64,000 bases of DNA from Octopus bimaculoides (taxonomy: Eukaryota), in assembly GCF_001194135.2 (NCBI RefSeq), contig NC_068981.1, positions 55,833,153 to 55,897,152 on the forward strand, given 5' to 3'. The position numbers and the translations under genes are program-made. The notes below the pieces were generated by a model. The model was not told where the DNA came from. It ran no database searches and saw only the letters and a program-made list of their open reading frames with translations. This document shows, one piece after another, positions 35,901-50,159 of the stretch (positions are counted from its first letter, which is position 1; each line of letters opens with the position of its first letter).

Positions 35901-38900
35901 AAACCGACCCTTACGAGCTAATGGTTTGGGAAGGACCTTTAATTCGTTTTTACCACTACTTAGAGTGGGAACTGTTCAAGCCTTGCAGAACTGCAGTACC
36001 TGTTTATAAGTTAAATAGATCTGGACATTCAAGAGATAAAGGATGCTGTCTTTGATAGAATGCAGTGCTGATGAATGAACACAATCAGTTAACTTCTTGA
36101 CCAGTTGCTTGTTAAAGAATCCTTGTTATCTACATATGAATTATCACCATTGTTTTTAATGTCCACTTTTCTGTGCTTGTATGGGTCAATCAGATGGAGT
36201 TCAATGAAACAGTTTCTAAGGCCAGATACCCTTTCTGTCACTAGCCCCCATCTGTTTTCGAGCAAAGGAATATTTTCCTTTCTTGACACATACTCACACT
36301 GCTTATATAACAGTGAAACAGTGACTCATAACTATTTCCTGATGTCAAGATAAGGAGACACACACATACACACACAGTGAGCTTTCTTTCAGTTTCCACC
36401 TACCAAAACTACATTGTTGGGAAGCGAACTTCTTAACCACACGGACATATCTGTGCTTACATATATTAATGTATGTATGTGTAGATATAGAAAATGTATT
36501 TGGCTATATTTCTAGCAGGTCAAATAATCCATATATTGAGGTTTACATTGTGGGTATGTAGGACATTATCATTTGTGCTAGGTAAAGTAGCCACAGGATA
36601 AGGATAAGATAAGATCTGGAATCTGAGGAAATTGGTGCTGCTCTGTATCAGCAATGATGGTTTCATGTTTCTTCTAGAAAATGAGAGAACTGAAATAGGT
36701 ATTTACAGTCCTTAATTTAAGGCTTTATAGTTCACAGAGTGCATTTTACAGACCTTTCTTAAGAAATTCTTTTAGAATTTTATATTCAGTTTTGTTGGTA
36801 TGTTTTCATCTCTAGTTAAATTCTGTTACTCATATAGCATCATATACAAAGATCATTTAACTAGCCTTGTGTTTGTGAATATATACTTTCCAAATGCAAT
36901 GTATAGGAAACAGCTGGTGTTGTAATTCACTACTAGTGCTTTTAGATCAACTGAAAATTTGCTTTTCTGTTGGTTGTTGATTACATATCCACATTCGTTG
37001 TTGTTAGAGTGATATCAAGATAGACGAAACACAGATAAAATAAAAAATGGTTTTAGTGTTAATTTAGCTGAACAGTATTTGTTTGTTAATAAACAAGTTG
37101 TACATGAATACGGAGGGTAATACAGTCTGGCTCCTTTTTGAGGGAAAGAAAAATCACTTAGCTTTTTGCTTATGGATGTTGGACTAATAGTTTATATTTC
37201 TTTTTCACTGAATTTACCTGTTTTGTAATTCTGTAATTTTGAAGTAGTTAAATGATAACAGTTAATTGATTTTTCTGAAATATATATATATCCAGATATC
37301 AAGTTGGTATCTGATACTATATAAATTAAAAATAGTCAGCTTGGAAATATTGCATTGAAACACGCCATGTTCAAAATACATGTAGAAGATTTGTTTACAG
37401 TCTTCTTTTTCTAAAGTTAAATCTCAAAAGCTGACTATTAAGATATTTTGCAAGAGTAGGCTTATCTCGTGATGCATTTCTTGGAATAAGTAAGAAAAAT
37501 AATAGATGAGAGTTTGTATATTCTTTTTCTTTTTTAGATATCAGCAGGCAATGGTCTATGAAGCTGTGTGTTGAGATTAAATGAAGTAAACATTGAGTTC
37601 TTGTTAAATTAGGACCACAGAAATTGTTTAGTAAAATTAAAATGGAATACATACTTGTGGCCATAGGTTACCTGGTATAGCAATTATGAAAATTACGAAG
37701 GTACGCATAGAAGAGGAATTGATTAGCTCATTATGTGAAGCATTTAGGTTTTATTGTCAAGGAAACTTTGTGTCAGAGAGTGAGAGAGTAAACACTTGTC
37801 ACCTCACAGGAAGAGATTTATTCTTTCATTTTATAATGAAAGTTGTAGCTTCAGATTATAATTATTAAAGGAAATTTGAAAAATTCATTTGATAAACCAT
37901 AAACTTTTATACAAATAATAGTAATTCAGAATCAAGAAAGAGGGTCGCAGATGAAAAAAATCAGGATCACCAGAAATTGGTTCCTGAGTTTAAAAGACAT
38001 CAAGAAGGTTTATAAAACTTCCTGAGCTATGGAGAAAAGTGCCTCAATTTTTACAAATCACACATAACTTGATCTATCTTGAGTTTGAATATTCTACATT
38101 TGTATATGGAATAAAATAATCAATATTCCATTTTTTTTAAAAAAATTTATTTTATGTATTGAAATTTTCAAGTTGGAAAAGTTCAAATAATTCAATTAAT
38201 TTGGATATTTGTCATAACTGTTGCATTGAATGTTTTTAAAACAGTTAATCTTCCTGACCATAACTCACCACTCAACTTCAAAGGAAGAGTAATACCACAT
38301 CAGCTATACTATAGAGCAACCAGTATGCATTTACATAAGAACACAGTATACTTCCTTAAGCTAGTTTGAACTGTTGACTCTTGGGTCAGTGATTCAGGAC
38401 CTTAGCCGCATTGCACATCAACAGCATTTTCTTTGTAAACCTTCTTTATTGACACTAGTTGACTCTTTTTTATAATTGAATTAAGAAATGCAATCCCCTA
38501 ATGTGATACACTATCCTTTTAATTAGTTAGTGTATATTGTTTTATAATCATAAAAAAATAAACAGAAAGAATAAACATTTATTCATCTGTTTTAAAATGC
38601 ATATAAATGTCATATTTTTACATTCATTCATTTATTTTTCATCTATATTATATTTTGAAAAAGTCAATGTTGAATAATTAATCCTCTCCCACACTTACAC
38701 AAAGCAATATAAAAGTCTATCCTAAGAAGTATTATATTGCACTGGTCAGAATGTGCAGATAATTTTGAGCAGCTGGAGAGGAATGAGTTAAGCATGGTTT
38801 ATTTGATATGCAATGTTAAATTAAGGGAAATTTTAAGAGCAGATTAGTAACTTGGATGAAGCAAAGTAAGAGTAAAAATGGATCAGGAGTTGACGGGGGA

Positions 38901-39379
38901 AATGTACCAGTAATAGACAGCAACAAAGGCTTTTGAAAAGTGGTTAGATTAGATATAAGAATAGTGGGTCTCGCACATGGAATGGCTCTATATTTCCAAG
39001 TATGGAAAGCTCGTATTTGAAAGCTGGAGTTTCCTAATGAATCCAGTAATTCTATTTTGAACTATCTGAGGAATATTAATTTGGCTCATTTATTATGCTA
39101 TATATTAAGACAATTTGATTTGGATAGAATATCAGCCTTTTAATTTTTTAAAATTTCCTTATTTGATTAAACTCACAAACAAAAAGAGTTTTTAGTTTCT
39201 TATGTGTGTTATGTTTAAAAATTTGGAATTGTGAGTGATGTTTAGTAAGTTCATTCATTGTTGTTGACTTGTTACTAAAACTCTAATGAAAACTTCCATT
39301 TAAAAAGTTGGGTAATTTCTCTAAGTTGTTATACTCACATTTCTATATAGCTCTGAAACCTGAACTATTTTAAGTAACA

Positions 39380-39900
39380 TATTCATAAGCTGGAAATGAA
39401 CTGCCAGAGAACTATGAGGAGAATTGTACATATTTAGTGGCAGGTCAGATGAAAGAACATTAGTGTCCTTGAACAAAACAACATTTCCTGCATTGAAACA
39501 ATGATAACATAACATCAGTTTTGATGAGCTATTGATAATATGAATACTGGACTACCAGTTATCCAAACAGCTGTCATAGTTGCAGCTGAATAGAAGGAAG
39601 TATATGTGATGCACAAAGGAGTCAGTTCACAGATGGATTTAATGAAAACTTGAAAAACTGTGATATCAGTCTGTTCAAGTGGGAATCAGTAGTAAATCAT
39701 CAACACAAATGAAGTTGGGTCGTCTGTAATGCAAATTTACCAACATAGTACCTCTTCTTCTGTGAGACAACACATGTCTATATGTAACCAGTCTCGTGGA
39801 TCCTGTATTGGCCAACATAGTCACATGCAAGTCCATAGAAGTAAAAATCTACCGGACAATCATCTTCACCCTCAAGGGATTGCCACTGTTGCTGCCAACT
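39380..39900 (+). mobile_element. Possible highly degenerate mariner transposase remnant
   Basis: Loose resemblance to the WVPHEL..ISIC, IVT.DE.WV.Y.N and P..LHP.K motifs in order. Confidence 0.3.
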
Positions 39901-40789
39901 GAAAGATTCCCACTGAATTAATAAAATAAACTATTTATTCTGGGACATTCCAGAGGTTGTACATTTGTTCTATTTCTTCAGTGGAATTCATTAATGAGAG
40001 AGAGAAAGAAATTCAAATAAAAAATAAAAATAAAACTACTTTTTGATATCCAATATACACACACTAATTAATGAAACCTAAAACTCTTTCAAAGATTATT
40101 TGTCTTTGAAATGTTGAAAAAGCAAATTGTTTCATGATTTTTTCCCCCCTTTTTTTCTTATTTCTTTATTTTTATTCCCTCACTATACTGGTGCACTTTG
40201 GAAACACTTCTGCTGATAAGATTCCTCACAGTAAAGTTTAAGCTTATCTATTAAAAACTATTGGTTATAGCAGAGAACATATGGTATGGAGCTGTCTTCT
40301 TGCTAATAAGCCAAAGTGAATTGTATCTATGCTTCATAAACAGAGCAATTGTGGTCTAATTAGTTTGTTCAGTTATTGGAGATATTTTTTAATGCCATCA
40401 TCAGTATTGGAAAAGACAGGTTTTAATCATGATGTTAAATGGTGTTGTAGTTGGTTATTACTCAGATTGTATCTAAGAAAACATTTTTCTCTTGGGTGGT
40501 CACTAAATATATATTTTTTTTCATAATTTGATGCAGAGGATGTTGCTGGTAGATCTTTGTGGAAATGTTATCTGTAGGGTATGGATGAGACAAATTATTC
40601 AATAGAAACACTAAAATTTATTTGGATTTTTAGTCTGATATGTGTATATATGTTTTTGGGGTTTAAAATACAAAAACTGAACAATAAAATATATTATAAA
40701 TCATACTCTAGCATGTTTACAAGATACTTACCAACATAATCCAAACCAAAATTTGAAGGAAGTTGGCTGCTAATTATTGCAGGATGGTG

Positions 40790-41085
40790 GCTTGACTTTA
40801 GTAGATATTAAAATTGGTAACAACATCTGCATTTCAGTGATTCAACTTACTGACCAAAGATTCCGAGTTCAATCCAAGACAGTGACTTGAATAAATAATA
40901 ATAATAATAACATCAGCAAAAAATACCTTAGGAATGAGAACAGAGTACCCCATTAATCAAATAAAGGGTTGGGTTCGAAATTCCACCAGGACACCTGATG
41001 AAGGCTCAAGAGTACATCAGCCGAAATGTTGTGGTAATAACTAACAATGTGGGGACACCTATCCATCCAATGTAATATGTAGTAT
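40790..41085 (+). mobile_element. Short non-autonomous repeat carrying a hammerhead motif
   Basis: gagttcaatcc..(aat)n..aataccttaggaatgagaac..ggttcgaaatt..gacacctgatgaaggct..agccgaaa. Confidence 0.6.
40990..41035 (+). ncRNA. Degenerate minimal type I hammerhead ribozyme
   Basis: GACAC-CUGAUGA-A-GGCU(12 nt)AGCC-GAAA-UGUU-GUGGU; core intact, stems I and III impaired. Confidence 0.6.
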
Positions 41086-41339
41086 TTTATTATAAACAGG
41101 GTTATTTTAAGTATGCATCTACAGGGTGAGAAATAACAGTTGATATAAAGCTTATGGTCTTGGTGGTCAGGGCAATCCAGAATCTGAGAGGTTCCTTGAT
41201 TGGTTCTAATTAGCTGTGTTCACTGTTAGGGACTTTTCTTTCTTGGTATAGGGACTAGTCTTTGTTTATTCTTTTGTTTTGACAGATTTTTATGTAAACC
41301 TCCCACTGTTGTATCACATCCCTTTTATTGCCCACTTGT

Positions 41340-41580
41340 TTTATGAGTGGATTGGCAAAATTGTTAAAGCATAGGACAAAATGTTTTGTAATACTTGTTC
41401 TGGTTCTTTACATCCTGCATTCAAATACTTCTGGGGTGAACTTTGCCTCTCATCCTTCCAGAGGTTAATAAAATAAAGTACCAGTCAAATAAGGGGGGGG
41501 GGCTGGTGAGGGTAATTTAATTGACTAATCTGCTTTCTAGGATTTCTAGCCTTGTACCTCTGTTAGAAATAATTATCTTT
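41340..41580 (+). mobile_element. Degenerate tRNA-derived SINE
   Basis: ggattggcaaaattgtta..ttcaaat..ctttgcctctcatccttcc..aaagtaccag..ccttgtacct. Confidence 0.7.
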
Positions 41581-43647
41581 ATTGACTATGCTTTATCTAT
41601 CATTGTCTTTATTGATTATGCTTTATCTATCATTACATCTCATTGTAATGACAGATAGTGTATTAGTTAGTAGTGTCTTTAATGTAAATGAGGGTTCTTT
41701 GGAATGTTTGGTCACACTTTCAAGTGCTATTATAATGTTTGAAGAATGTCTGATTCTTTTCTCATAAGTTTTTGCTGAAAGTATGAACTACTTAGTTTTA
41801 CTATCTCCATTTTTATCTACTGCTATTTCCATGTCTATGCGTGAACATACACATCCACCCGATATACCTATAAACATACCCTGCCACAAGTACATATATA
41901 ATTATATAAATACACACACACACACACACTCTCACCTACTCAGGGAAGCGTTGTCTACTTGTCAGTAATATAGTTGACATTATTCCGCATGAAGTTGTTT
42001 ACAAGATTAAGTCAACTTTTACTTTATCATCAAGTTCACTATCAAATTATGTACTCTTTTGACTCTTCCCCCCCCCCCCCCAAGTTTCATAATCTTAGCT
42101 AGTAAGCTAATAACATTCCATATCTATTTTCAATTGTTCTGCACCCTCCTATATCTCTCTGTTTCTAATTAATGTCACTTTCCTGATATCCTGCTTGTTT
42201 TTCAAATCCTATTGGAGAATGTTCATTGTCCAATCGTCTTCAGTATTCAAACATACTCTAGAAAAATTTTAATCCTAATAAATAAAATAGTTTTTTTTTT
42301 TAATACTTCACTTAATGATCTTAACCCTTCTAATCTAGAAAGTTCTCCCCCTGAATTAGAGAGTATAAGATGATTAAATAAAGTCTGTGTTCTTAATGAT
42401 TAATTTGAAAATCTGAATATTAGATTTATTTTATCTTTTAAATGCTTGACTCATTGAGCTTGTAAAGCAAATATTATATGGGTAAAGATCTGAAATATGA
42501 ACTCAAAGATCTTCAGTTCAAAACCTACAGTTTGTATTGACCCCTTTGATGCCAACCCTGAAGTTGTTTTGGGTTTTATGATACAAAACTGTCTGTTTTA
42601 ATTTTAAATATTCTGTGATAAATGTGAGAACTGTTTGTTATGTTCTAAATATAACAATTTGTGAAAAGAGTTTTTAATTATTTTAATAAATTCTTTCAAA
42701 GTGAATTAAAATGCTTAGATAAATATATTTCAAAAGTGGTATGTACTTAATCACCATGTTGCTGTGAAAGGTATCTTATCTTGAAAGAGTGTTACATGAA
42801 ATAGATTGATACTTCTATCCAGATGGAGAATTTTCTTATCTACTTATTAAAAAAAACCCCAACAAAAACAAAAAGCAAACAAAAAACCCCTGCAAAAACA
42901 AACAAAAAGTACTGCAGTAAGTGTTACCTGTAAGAGCTTAACGCATTTGCAGCTATTTGCAGTTTTCTTTTCTTTTTTTTTCAACATTAATCTAGGTTAT
43001 ACTGATAATTTTCTCTGTATCATATAGCTTTCCTCTATGTATCAAATGAGTAATTATTGATAATTATGCTTCCCTTTAATTAATTTGTTAAAAAGTAACC
43101 AATTAGAAAAAATAAAAACTGGAGAAATGTGGTTCATTTTCAATTTATTACAGTTACTTTGAAAGTATCTACTCTTAATTCTATAATTTGTAATTCTAGT
43201 TTAAAACCTAAAATTGTTAGGTGGAAGTTTTATTCTTTTTCCGGTCACGGCAAAAGGGGAAGGTGATGTCAAAATCACGAGAACCATTTGTAATTTTCAG
43301 TCTATGACCTGTGGTTTCTTTCTGCCAAATAGGTATAAATGAGGCTTACACAGTTGTTAATACAGGATGCTCAGGATATTTTTGGATTGTTTTCATTACT
43401 TGTTTGTTTTGTAACCAATTGATTAATTGATTCTCCATATTTTCATGTGTATTTATTTGTACCCCAATGGGCTATTGTGTGGATTAGGTTGTGGTTTTTG
43501 GGGTTGCAGGTTTAGAGGCAGTGTGGTTCAAAGTCTAGAAAATATGGTACACATGTAATTTTTTTTCCATGTAATTTATCCTGCATTTTATAGGGAACCG
43601 CAAATCATTGAAAAAACTGTAATGGGACTGGCATGTAAAATTTGTTG

Positions 43648-43666
43648 AAAAGTTTGAGAACCACTG
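43648..43666 (-). mobile_element. hAT-like terminal inverted repeat (one end only)
   Basis: Reverse complement is cagtggttctcaaactttt, a typical Charlie/hAT terminus; partner end not found. Confidence 0.55.
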
Positions 43667-45689
43667 ATCGAATGCTTTACCTGCACTGTAACATGTGCAC
43701 AATTTTTGTTGTTGAAATGCTTCATGACTATTTTATATTGCATTTGAAATGAAATGACATTCAAGCATGTATAACTTTTTAACTTTGATTTTCCTGGTTA
43801 ATCATTGCTTGATGTTTTTGGCTAAATTATAATAAAAAATATATATAATCTAATGGTTGAGCTTCCATTATTATGAAATACCTGATTTCAGTTTTGCTTT
43901 CAAATTCTTCAACCTGAAAGGGATTTTTCCTAATAACCTGTTCTTTCGCTTTGCCATCAAATTTAGTAAAGAAAGAAGTATAAAAATAAGCTGTGGGTAA
44001 GCAGAGTTTACAAATATGTTTCAGTTCCTTGTATTTGAGATTTTATTACATTTACAACCCTAAAAAATTATATAAATCTCACAGGTCATTTTCCATTTCT
44101 TATCAGTTGTATGAATGTGAGAAATAAATTTTTATTTGTGCTACTATTATTAAAAACAAAAATCTCTCCTGAAAATTACTTTATCATACATTGATGCAAT
44201 ACTGATTTCATATCCCCACTCTGATTGAGCATTGCTTTCTATGCTTTGCAACCCAAATTTTGTCTCTCATCATTGGATAAGTGCATGTAACCTCATTATT
44301 AAGTTATATGTATTTAATTTAAAATATGAAAGAATTTCTTTCACAATTTAAAGGCCCATCTTAAAATAACATGAAAAGCAAAACACAGGAAATGTCTTTA
44401 TTTAGAATACTAGTAGTCAGTCATGAATACATTGAAAGAAAACTCCCCAAAAGTATTCACCCTACCCTTCCCATTTTTGACTAAATTTTGGATTGTTAAC
44501 CCATTTATTAATACAGAAATAATGTACTAAGAGAATAAATTGCTAAAGTTCAGCTTAACAAATATTTTTCTTTGTAATCAGTTTCCTAATATGGTTTCAA
44601 AATACCTAACAACTTTTGTACACCTATTCCCTTTATACTTATTTTTCTTTTTCCCCTCTTTTTAATACTCCTCTTTTCAAGAGTCTTTTGATTTTCATCA
44701 ATGACAATTTCAGGCTCCTAAGCATAGGTACTTCCAGTTGGTGAAGGCAGGGGGTAGTCAATCAATAGATCTGAATCTGGAATCTTAGACTGGTGTTCCT
44801 CTCTTACTTTCTGCTGCAACGGAACTAGTAATATTGATCAGAATGTCAGTCCCTCTTTCACCTCATCTCTGTCTGTCTGTCTCTCTCCCCCTCTCTCTCC
44901 CTCTCCCTCCTCTCTCACACACATTTAATAAATAAAAGAACAGCTAAATTCCCAATTACACATAATTCTAAAAATATTACAATTAGTCTTATTTCTCAAT
45001 CACTTTCTGTCTTTTATTTACTTTTTGTAGTTGGTTTTTCCCAAATTTCTTAGATTTATGTCAGAAAAAGAAAGTAACGAAGAAAAACAAAACTTTTAAT
45101 ACCTGTTCTACTTTTGTAACAAGATGTTGCTATAAGTATTTCAGTAATACAAGACTATTTGTTTTAGCTGAATCTGCACACTTAAATACATCTGAAAAAA
45201 TCTTGCTGCACTTAATTTTGATGTTCAAGAGAAAGGATTAATATGGTTTCATAGTCTTCTCTTATTTTAACAGTCAATGTAATACTGTTTAAGAAGAAAC
45301 ATTTTCAAGAAACACAACTGCAATCCATGTATATTTTTGCTGTGTTTAGATAAAAGATCAAAGCCATACTAAGATGTAGGTCATTTTAGTAATTAAAACG
45401 GAATGATTTTTATTTAAAGGTTCAGTTAGTGTGATTTATATAAATAGTTTTTTGAAACTTATAATACCCAACATTACTTCCACCATCTGTTTTGACCTGC
45501 TTCTTCTTTGACGACCCCAGTTTTCTGAAGTCATCTTATTTAATTTTCTTCAATTTCTTTAATTCTTCTTTACTTCAGACTGAAAGCAAGCAGTTTTTAA
45601 AAAAAATATTAGTATTGTTACATATAACATAAAAACAACCAGCTAAGAACAGAACATCATACAACATATACTGACATAAGGAGCTGTTT

Positions 45690-46440
45690 GGCAAAGTCTC
45701 ACATTTTAGAGTCAAATAGACACTGAGAGAGATAACTGCAGATGAATGCTTTGTGAAAATTGTTCAAGCTGTGTACGAAGGAGAATCAATAAGGTCAAGA
45801 TCAGTGATATTCTTCATTAGGTGTAGGTGTACTGGAAATGCTAGAAGCCAAGAATTGAAGACCATGGTTAGAGAAGATTCAACAGAATTTTGATAGAATT
45901 CTATTGCCTAAGTTGTGTTGTTATTGGTGCTTAGCTCCTGTTATTATAAAAAGTTCCCTAGCCTTGACTCTTTTTGTGTATCAAGGTCTACATTGTTTTT
46001 TGTGTCTATACTTTTTTAAAATAATAAGGTGTGATCTGAGGAGCTATTTCTAGCTGGTCAGGCAACTACATAGAAGATCCCTTGTGATATAAAAATGAGA
46101 AAGGTTGAGTGTAAGTTAGGTAAAAAAAAAAGTGGCTGAAGATCAAAGAACTTGTTTAATATATACAAAAGCAATGTTTGTGTTAATATAGGTATGTAAT
46201 TCAAGAAAGTAAATGCATATTGGTTGAAGAAAAAAAGATCTGTAACATGGAGTTAAAGTGTAGGTGATGTAGAGGAAGTTAAACATTTTGAAAGATGTTA
46301 TTAGATCAGACATTTGAAAGTTGAATCTCAGTTAAGATGCTGTAGGCTTAAGATGTATGAAAAGATGCTGTATAGCAGACCAGATCAATCCGCACTACTG
46401 GGAGTGTGTGTAAAATAAGATAAGTTTGTCCAGGAAGATG
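45690..46440 (+). mobile_element. Degenerate RTE LINE fragments
   Basis: DECFVKIVQAVYEG resembles RTE DEWLVR.VQAMY; later remnants of TW.L.V.DV. Confidence 0.5.
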
Positions 46441-46989
46441 TGAGAATTTTAATGTTATATATATATATTGTATGTATGTATATATATTCTTTGAAGGTTT
46501 CGATTTTGACTATTTTCTAAGGAGATCCCTTTCACAAGCCTCCACTTTTTTAACTTAGCTTATTTTACAAACATTATTTTATGCCTGTGTGGACTATAGC
46601 TAGTTTCTTCTGATTAAGTTTCTTTTCTGTGACTCTGTGTGTGTGTGTGCATGCATATGTGTGTGTGTGCCTGATGTATATACACATGTATATACGATTA
46701 GATCTTAAATTTATGAGTTAATTCATTCTTAATTATCACTCATTAATTAAGAACTTGTGAAGTGGGCAATGTTTTCTCATAGAAATGGTCAGCAAAAGGA
46801 AGTAGTCCAAGATGCTTTGTGAACTTTTGCATACCAATAACAAAATGGCATGTTGAATTGAAGTAAATATGATGCTGCTAAGCAAGAAAGCTGGAAGATG
46901 TAACTCTCACCAACATAATTTGGCCTTTGGCTTGGCTGACAGGTGTATTTATCCACTTGAAAGACGTTTTTGGGAAGTACACATTTAAG

Positions 46990-47860
46990 TAGAAGCAAAA
47001 TTTAAAAAAAAAATTAATAAAAGAAATAATAAATAGGTTGATGTCTGCAGAAAACATATTTCAGAAAGCTGATATTCTAAGAAGAGAAAACTGGTATAGC
47101 AGTGAAGATGAACTGAGTGAGTTGGGAGTGCCTGATTAGGGACCAAGCAAATCTGAAGAGCAGAGTCCACTAGGGTTGCATTAGAAAAAGGAAGAGAGAG
47201 GAGACGGCGCATCTGAAGTCTGGAGTGTTTGTGAGTGACTTCATACAGATTAGTTAAGTGGATTTTTTTTGGATGCAGCCTAAGATGTCTGGGTACATAT
47301 AGCAGCACCGTTCCAATTGTTGGAGTAGGACTCGATTGCTGCTCTCACCTGAACTTTGTAGATGGTTAGTAATTGATGAGTGCTGAAGTGTTTTATGGTT
47401 CTGAAGAAGATGACTTATCTTTCATTGGCCATCCTCTTCAAAACCAAAGACTGAGATGCAGTCTTTGTTTATGCTGAGGATTTCCACTATCTAGGTGAGA
47501 AGATCCTCACTGACAGTGAAACTGAACATTTGAAGTGACCTTTAGGTTCATGTTGTTTATTCTGGGGTTGAGGTATGATAATGTTTTCTTGACATGTGCT
47601 GTGAATATATCTCGTTTGCTGTGGTGACAAGATTAACATGATCCTTTTGCTGTATATTTTTAAGGTCTCTGGCCATAGTCAGGGCAGATTTTGTGTGAGG
47701 TATCTAGGTTACATGTGGTTGCTATTTGGGTATAGAGGTTTAGGGTAGAGTGAAGGGTGGTATCATCTGTATAGAAACAGGGATTGTTAGAGATTACTTG
47801 CAATACAGAAATGTGGTAGGTAATGCACTCTTTTGTCTTAGCCACTTCAAGCACTCTTTT
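46990..47860 (-). mobile_element. Jockey/CR1-like LINE RT and C-terminal remnant
   Basis: SNNPCFYTDDTTLHSTL (YADD motif) and a C-terminus like that at 28340-28780. Confidence 0.65.
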
Positions 47861-48626
47861 TTAAATGTAAATTAGCCTATTAATGTCACTAGTTTCTTGG
47901 TCCTATTTCTAGAAAAAAAAAACTTTTTATAGAGCAATATTAAAATATATTTGTATATTTAATCAATGAATAAGTTGTAATACAAAGTGTAAAATATAAA
48001 GAAAAGATGTTGCAAAAAAAGAACATCCTACATAAAAGAGTTTCAAATTACTATCTAAATTACTTGGTTAACAACAAAGATTTTCACATATATCACACAA
48101 TGTTTTACTTGTTTAAGAAGTATGTATAAGGACAAACATCCTTTCTGTGAAACCAATATTTGAAATAACCAATACATGTATGTGAAGTTAAAAAAAACTC
48201 ATTGCAACTTATGTTAGCAAGAAAAAAAAATACCCAACAAATATGTGAGAACAAATAGGGTGAGAAAAGAGAACACTTGTCCATTTATGGTGGGATGGTA
48301 GAAACTAAGTTTGAATGTCACTATAAAGTAGGATTAACTCTATTCTATGAAGAGTGGTCTTGCCATTGTTATTTATTTTATGTGAGTTTTCTTAAACTAA
48401 CTCATAGGCATGAAATAGCTGTTTGTCAGGGGTGGAGATGTGTGTAGAGATGACCTTCAAGTGATATCTACTTTTTCCTGCTAGTATAATTATGCATATG
48501 CATATGATTCACTGGTTAGTAAGATCTACAACTACTAGTGTGATATGTGCATGTATGTATATGTGTAATATGTTTGTAATGCATACAGATATATTTGATT
48601 ATAGATATGAGGAAAGCAAAGTAATA

Positions 48627-49112
48627 CAGTAATCACTTGCCATATCGCAGCTCACCTATTGTGCCCTCAGTACATCATGGATTTTTCTGGCTAATATATG
48701 TAAATTTATATTGCGGACTCCTCAATATATTGTGGGTTTCTGTGGCTGATAGGTATTTATATATTTTTAAATTTTAATTATTTCTGTGGTAGAATAAGCA
48801 TTTTCATGCCTAAAAATTAATAAATAAATTAATCAAAATACAGTACGGTACTGCAATGTATAGTACATTAATTAAAATATATTAAAAGAAAATACAAAGT
48901 GTCTATAGATGAGTAAACAAAGAATTGCACATACTGTATGGAAAACAAAACTTGGGAGGCGAGTGTGTGGTATTGTTTTGCATTCATAATAAAATAAATA
49001 TATACAAATTATAAAAAGAATATACAGCACAGTACTGTTTCTACTTTGCTGATTTTCACCTATTGTGGTGGGGTTTGGGAATGTAACTCCTTTAATAGTC
49101 GAGGGATTACTG
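48627..49112. mobile_element. Tigger-like MITE (486 bp)
   Basis: TA|cagtaatcacttg ... cgagggattactg|TA; subterminal decayed repeats. Confidence 0.75.
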
Positions 49113-49289
49113 TACTTTACTTTATTTTTTGAGTGACTAAACAGTGACTATAGAAGAACTTCAATCCTACCCCTTGTGGTTGGTATGGTTGGTAATTCAT
49201 TTCTCCAACTTCACAGCTGCTGTGCCTCAGGTTGCAAATTAGGTGCCTGCACATACTGAAGTGTTTTTTTCTTTTGTTTTACTCATATA

Positions 49290-49440
49290 TATACAATGGG
49301 ATTCTTTCAGTTTCTGCCAATCCAAATCCATTCACAAGGCTTTGGTCAGCCCTAGGGTATGGTAGAAGATACTAGCCCAAAAAACTATGCAGTAGGACTG
49401 AACTTTGAAACCATGTCTGGGGAGCAAACTTCTTGCCATA
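49290..49440 (-). mobile_element. tRNA-derived SINE fragment (family of 11121-11531)
   Basis: tctttcagtttctgcc..aaatccattcacaaggctttggtc..tagaagatact. Confidence 0.8.
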
Positions 49441-49459
49441 CTGTCTTGAAAGAATATAT

Positions 49460-49460
<1 letters not shown>

Positions 49461-49528
<68 letters not shown>
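49461..49528. repeat. (GT)n microsatellite
   Basis: Direct observation. Confidence 0.95.
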
Positions 49529-49534
<6 letters not shown>

Positions 49535-49842
49535 CATGTATGTATTCATCATAATGAGTAATAAGAAAACAACCTAGTGTATGTTTTCTACTAATTTTTA
49601 CATATCTGATGCTTGATTTAATTTTATGCTTATTTCTCAAAAATCTTTAAAACCTCTTTTTAAGTTCTTTTTTTTATTATTTTGTCTGTTTAGCTGAGGC
49701 ATACAGATTATGAAGGTTGCTGTTTTGGGACAGTGATGGGATTCTACAGTTAATATTATTGTTTCAATGCTGTCAGTTACCTGTTTAATTACAACAAAGT
49801 ATTACATCACAATGAAATTAATAGTATTTTTATTTCTTGGCA

Positions 49843-50035
49843 TTCATCATCATCTTCATTTAACATCCGTTGTCCATGCTGGCATGGGTTGGATAGTTTG
49901 ACTGGGCTGGCACACTGGAAGGCTGTGCCAGACTCCAGTCTGATTTGGTATGGTTTTCTATGGCTGGATGCCCTTCCTAACACCAGCCACTCCGAGAGTG
50001 TAATGGGTGCTTTTATGTGCCACCGGTATGGATGC
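49843..50035 (-). mobile_element. SINE 3' portion
   Basis: catcatcatcttcatttaacatccgttgtccatgctggcatgggttgg..ggatgcccttcctaacaccagccactccgagagtg. Confidence 0.88.
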
Positions 50036-50159
50036 CAAATTAGTTTTCTTTTATGTGAAATTAAATACTTGTTGAGATTACATATTTTGTTTTTGTGGTT
50101 AACCACAATCTGAATTATTGCAAGAGTATAGATGTAATGGTGTCATATATTGGGTGATC

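Noticed and set aside
37930-38007. Possible exon ESRKRVADEKNQDHQKLVPEFKRHQE
   Set aside because: Weak acceptor and donor, and an unrecognised peptide
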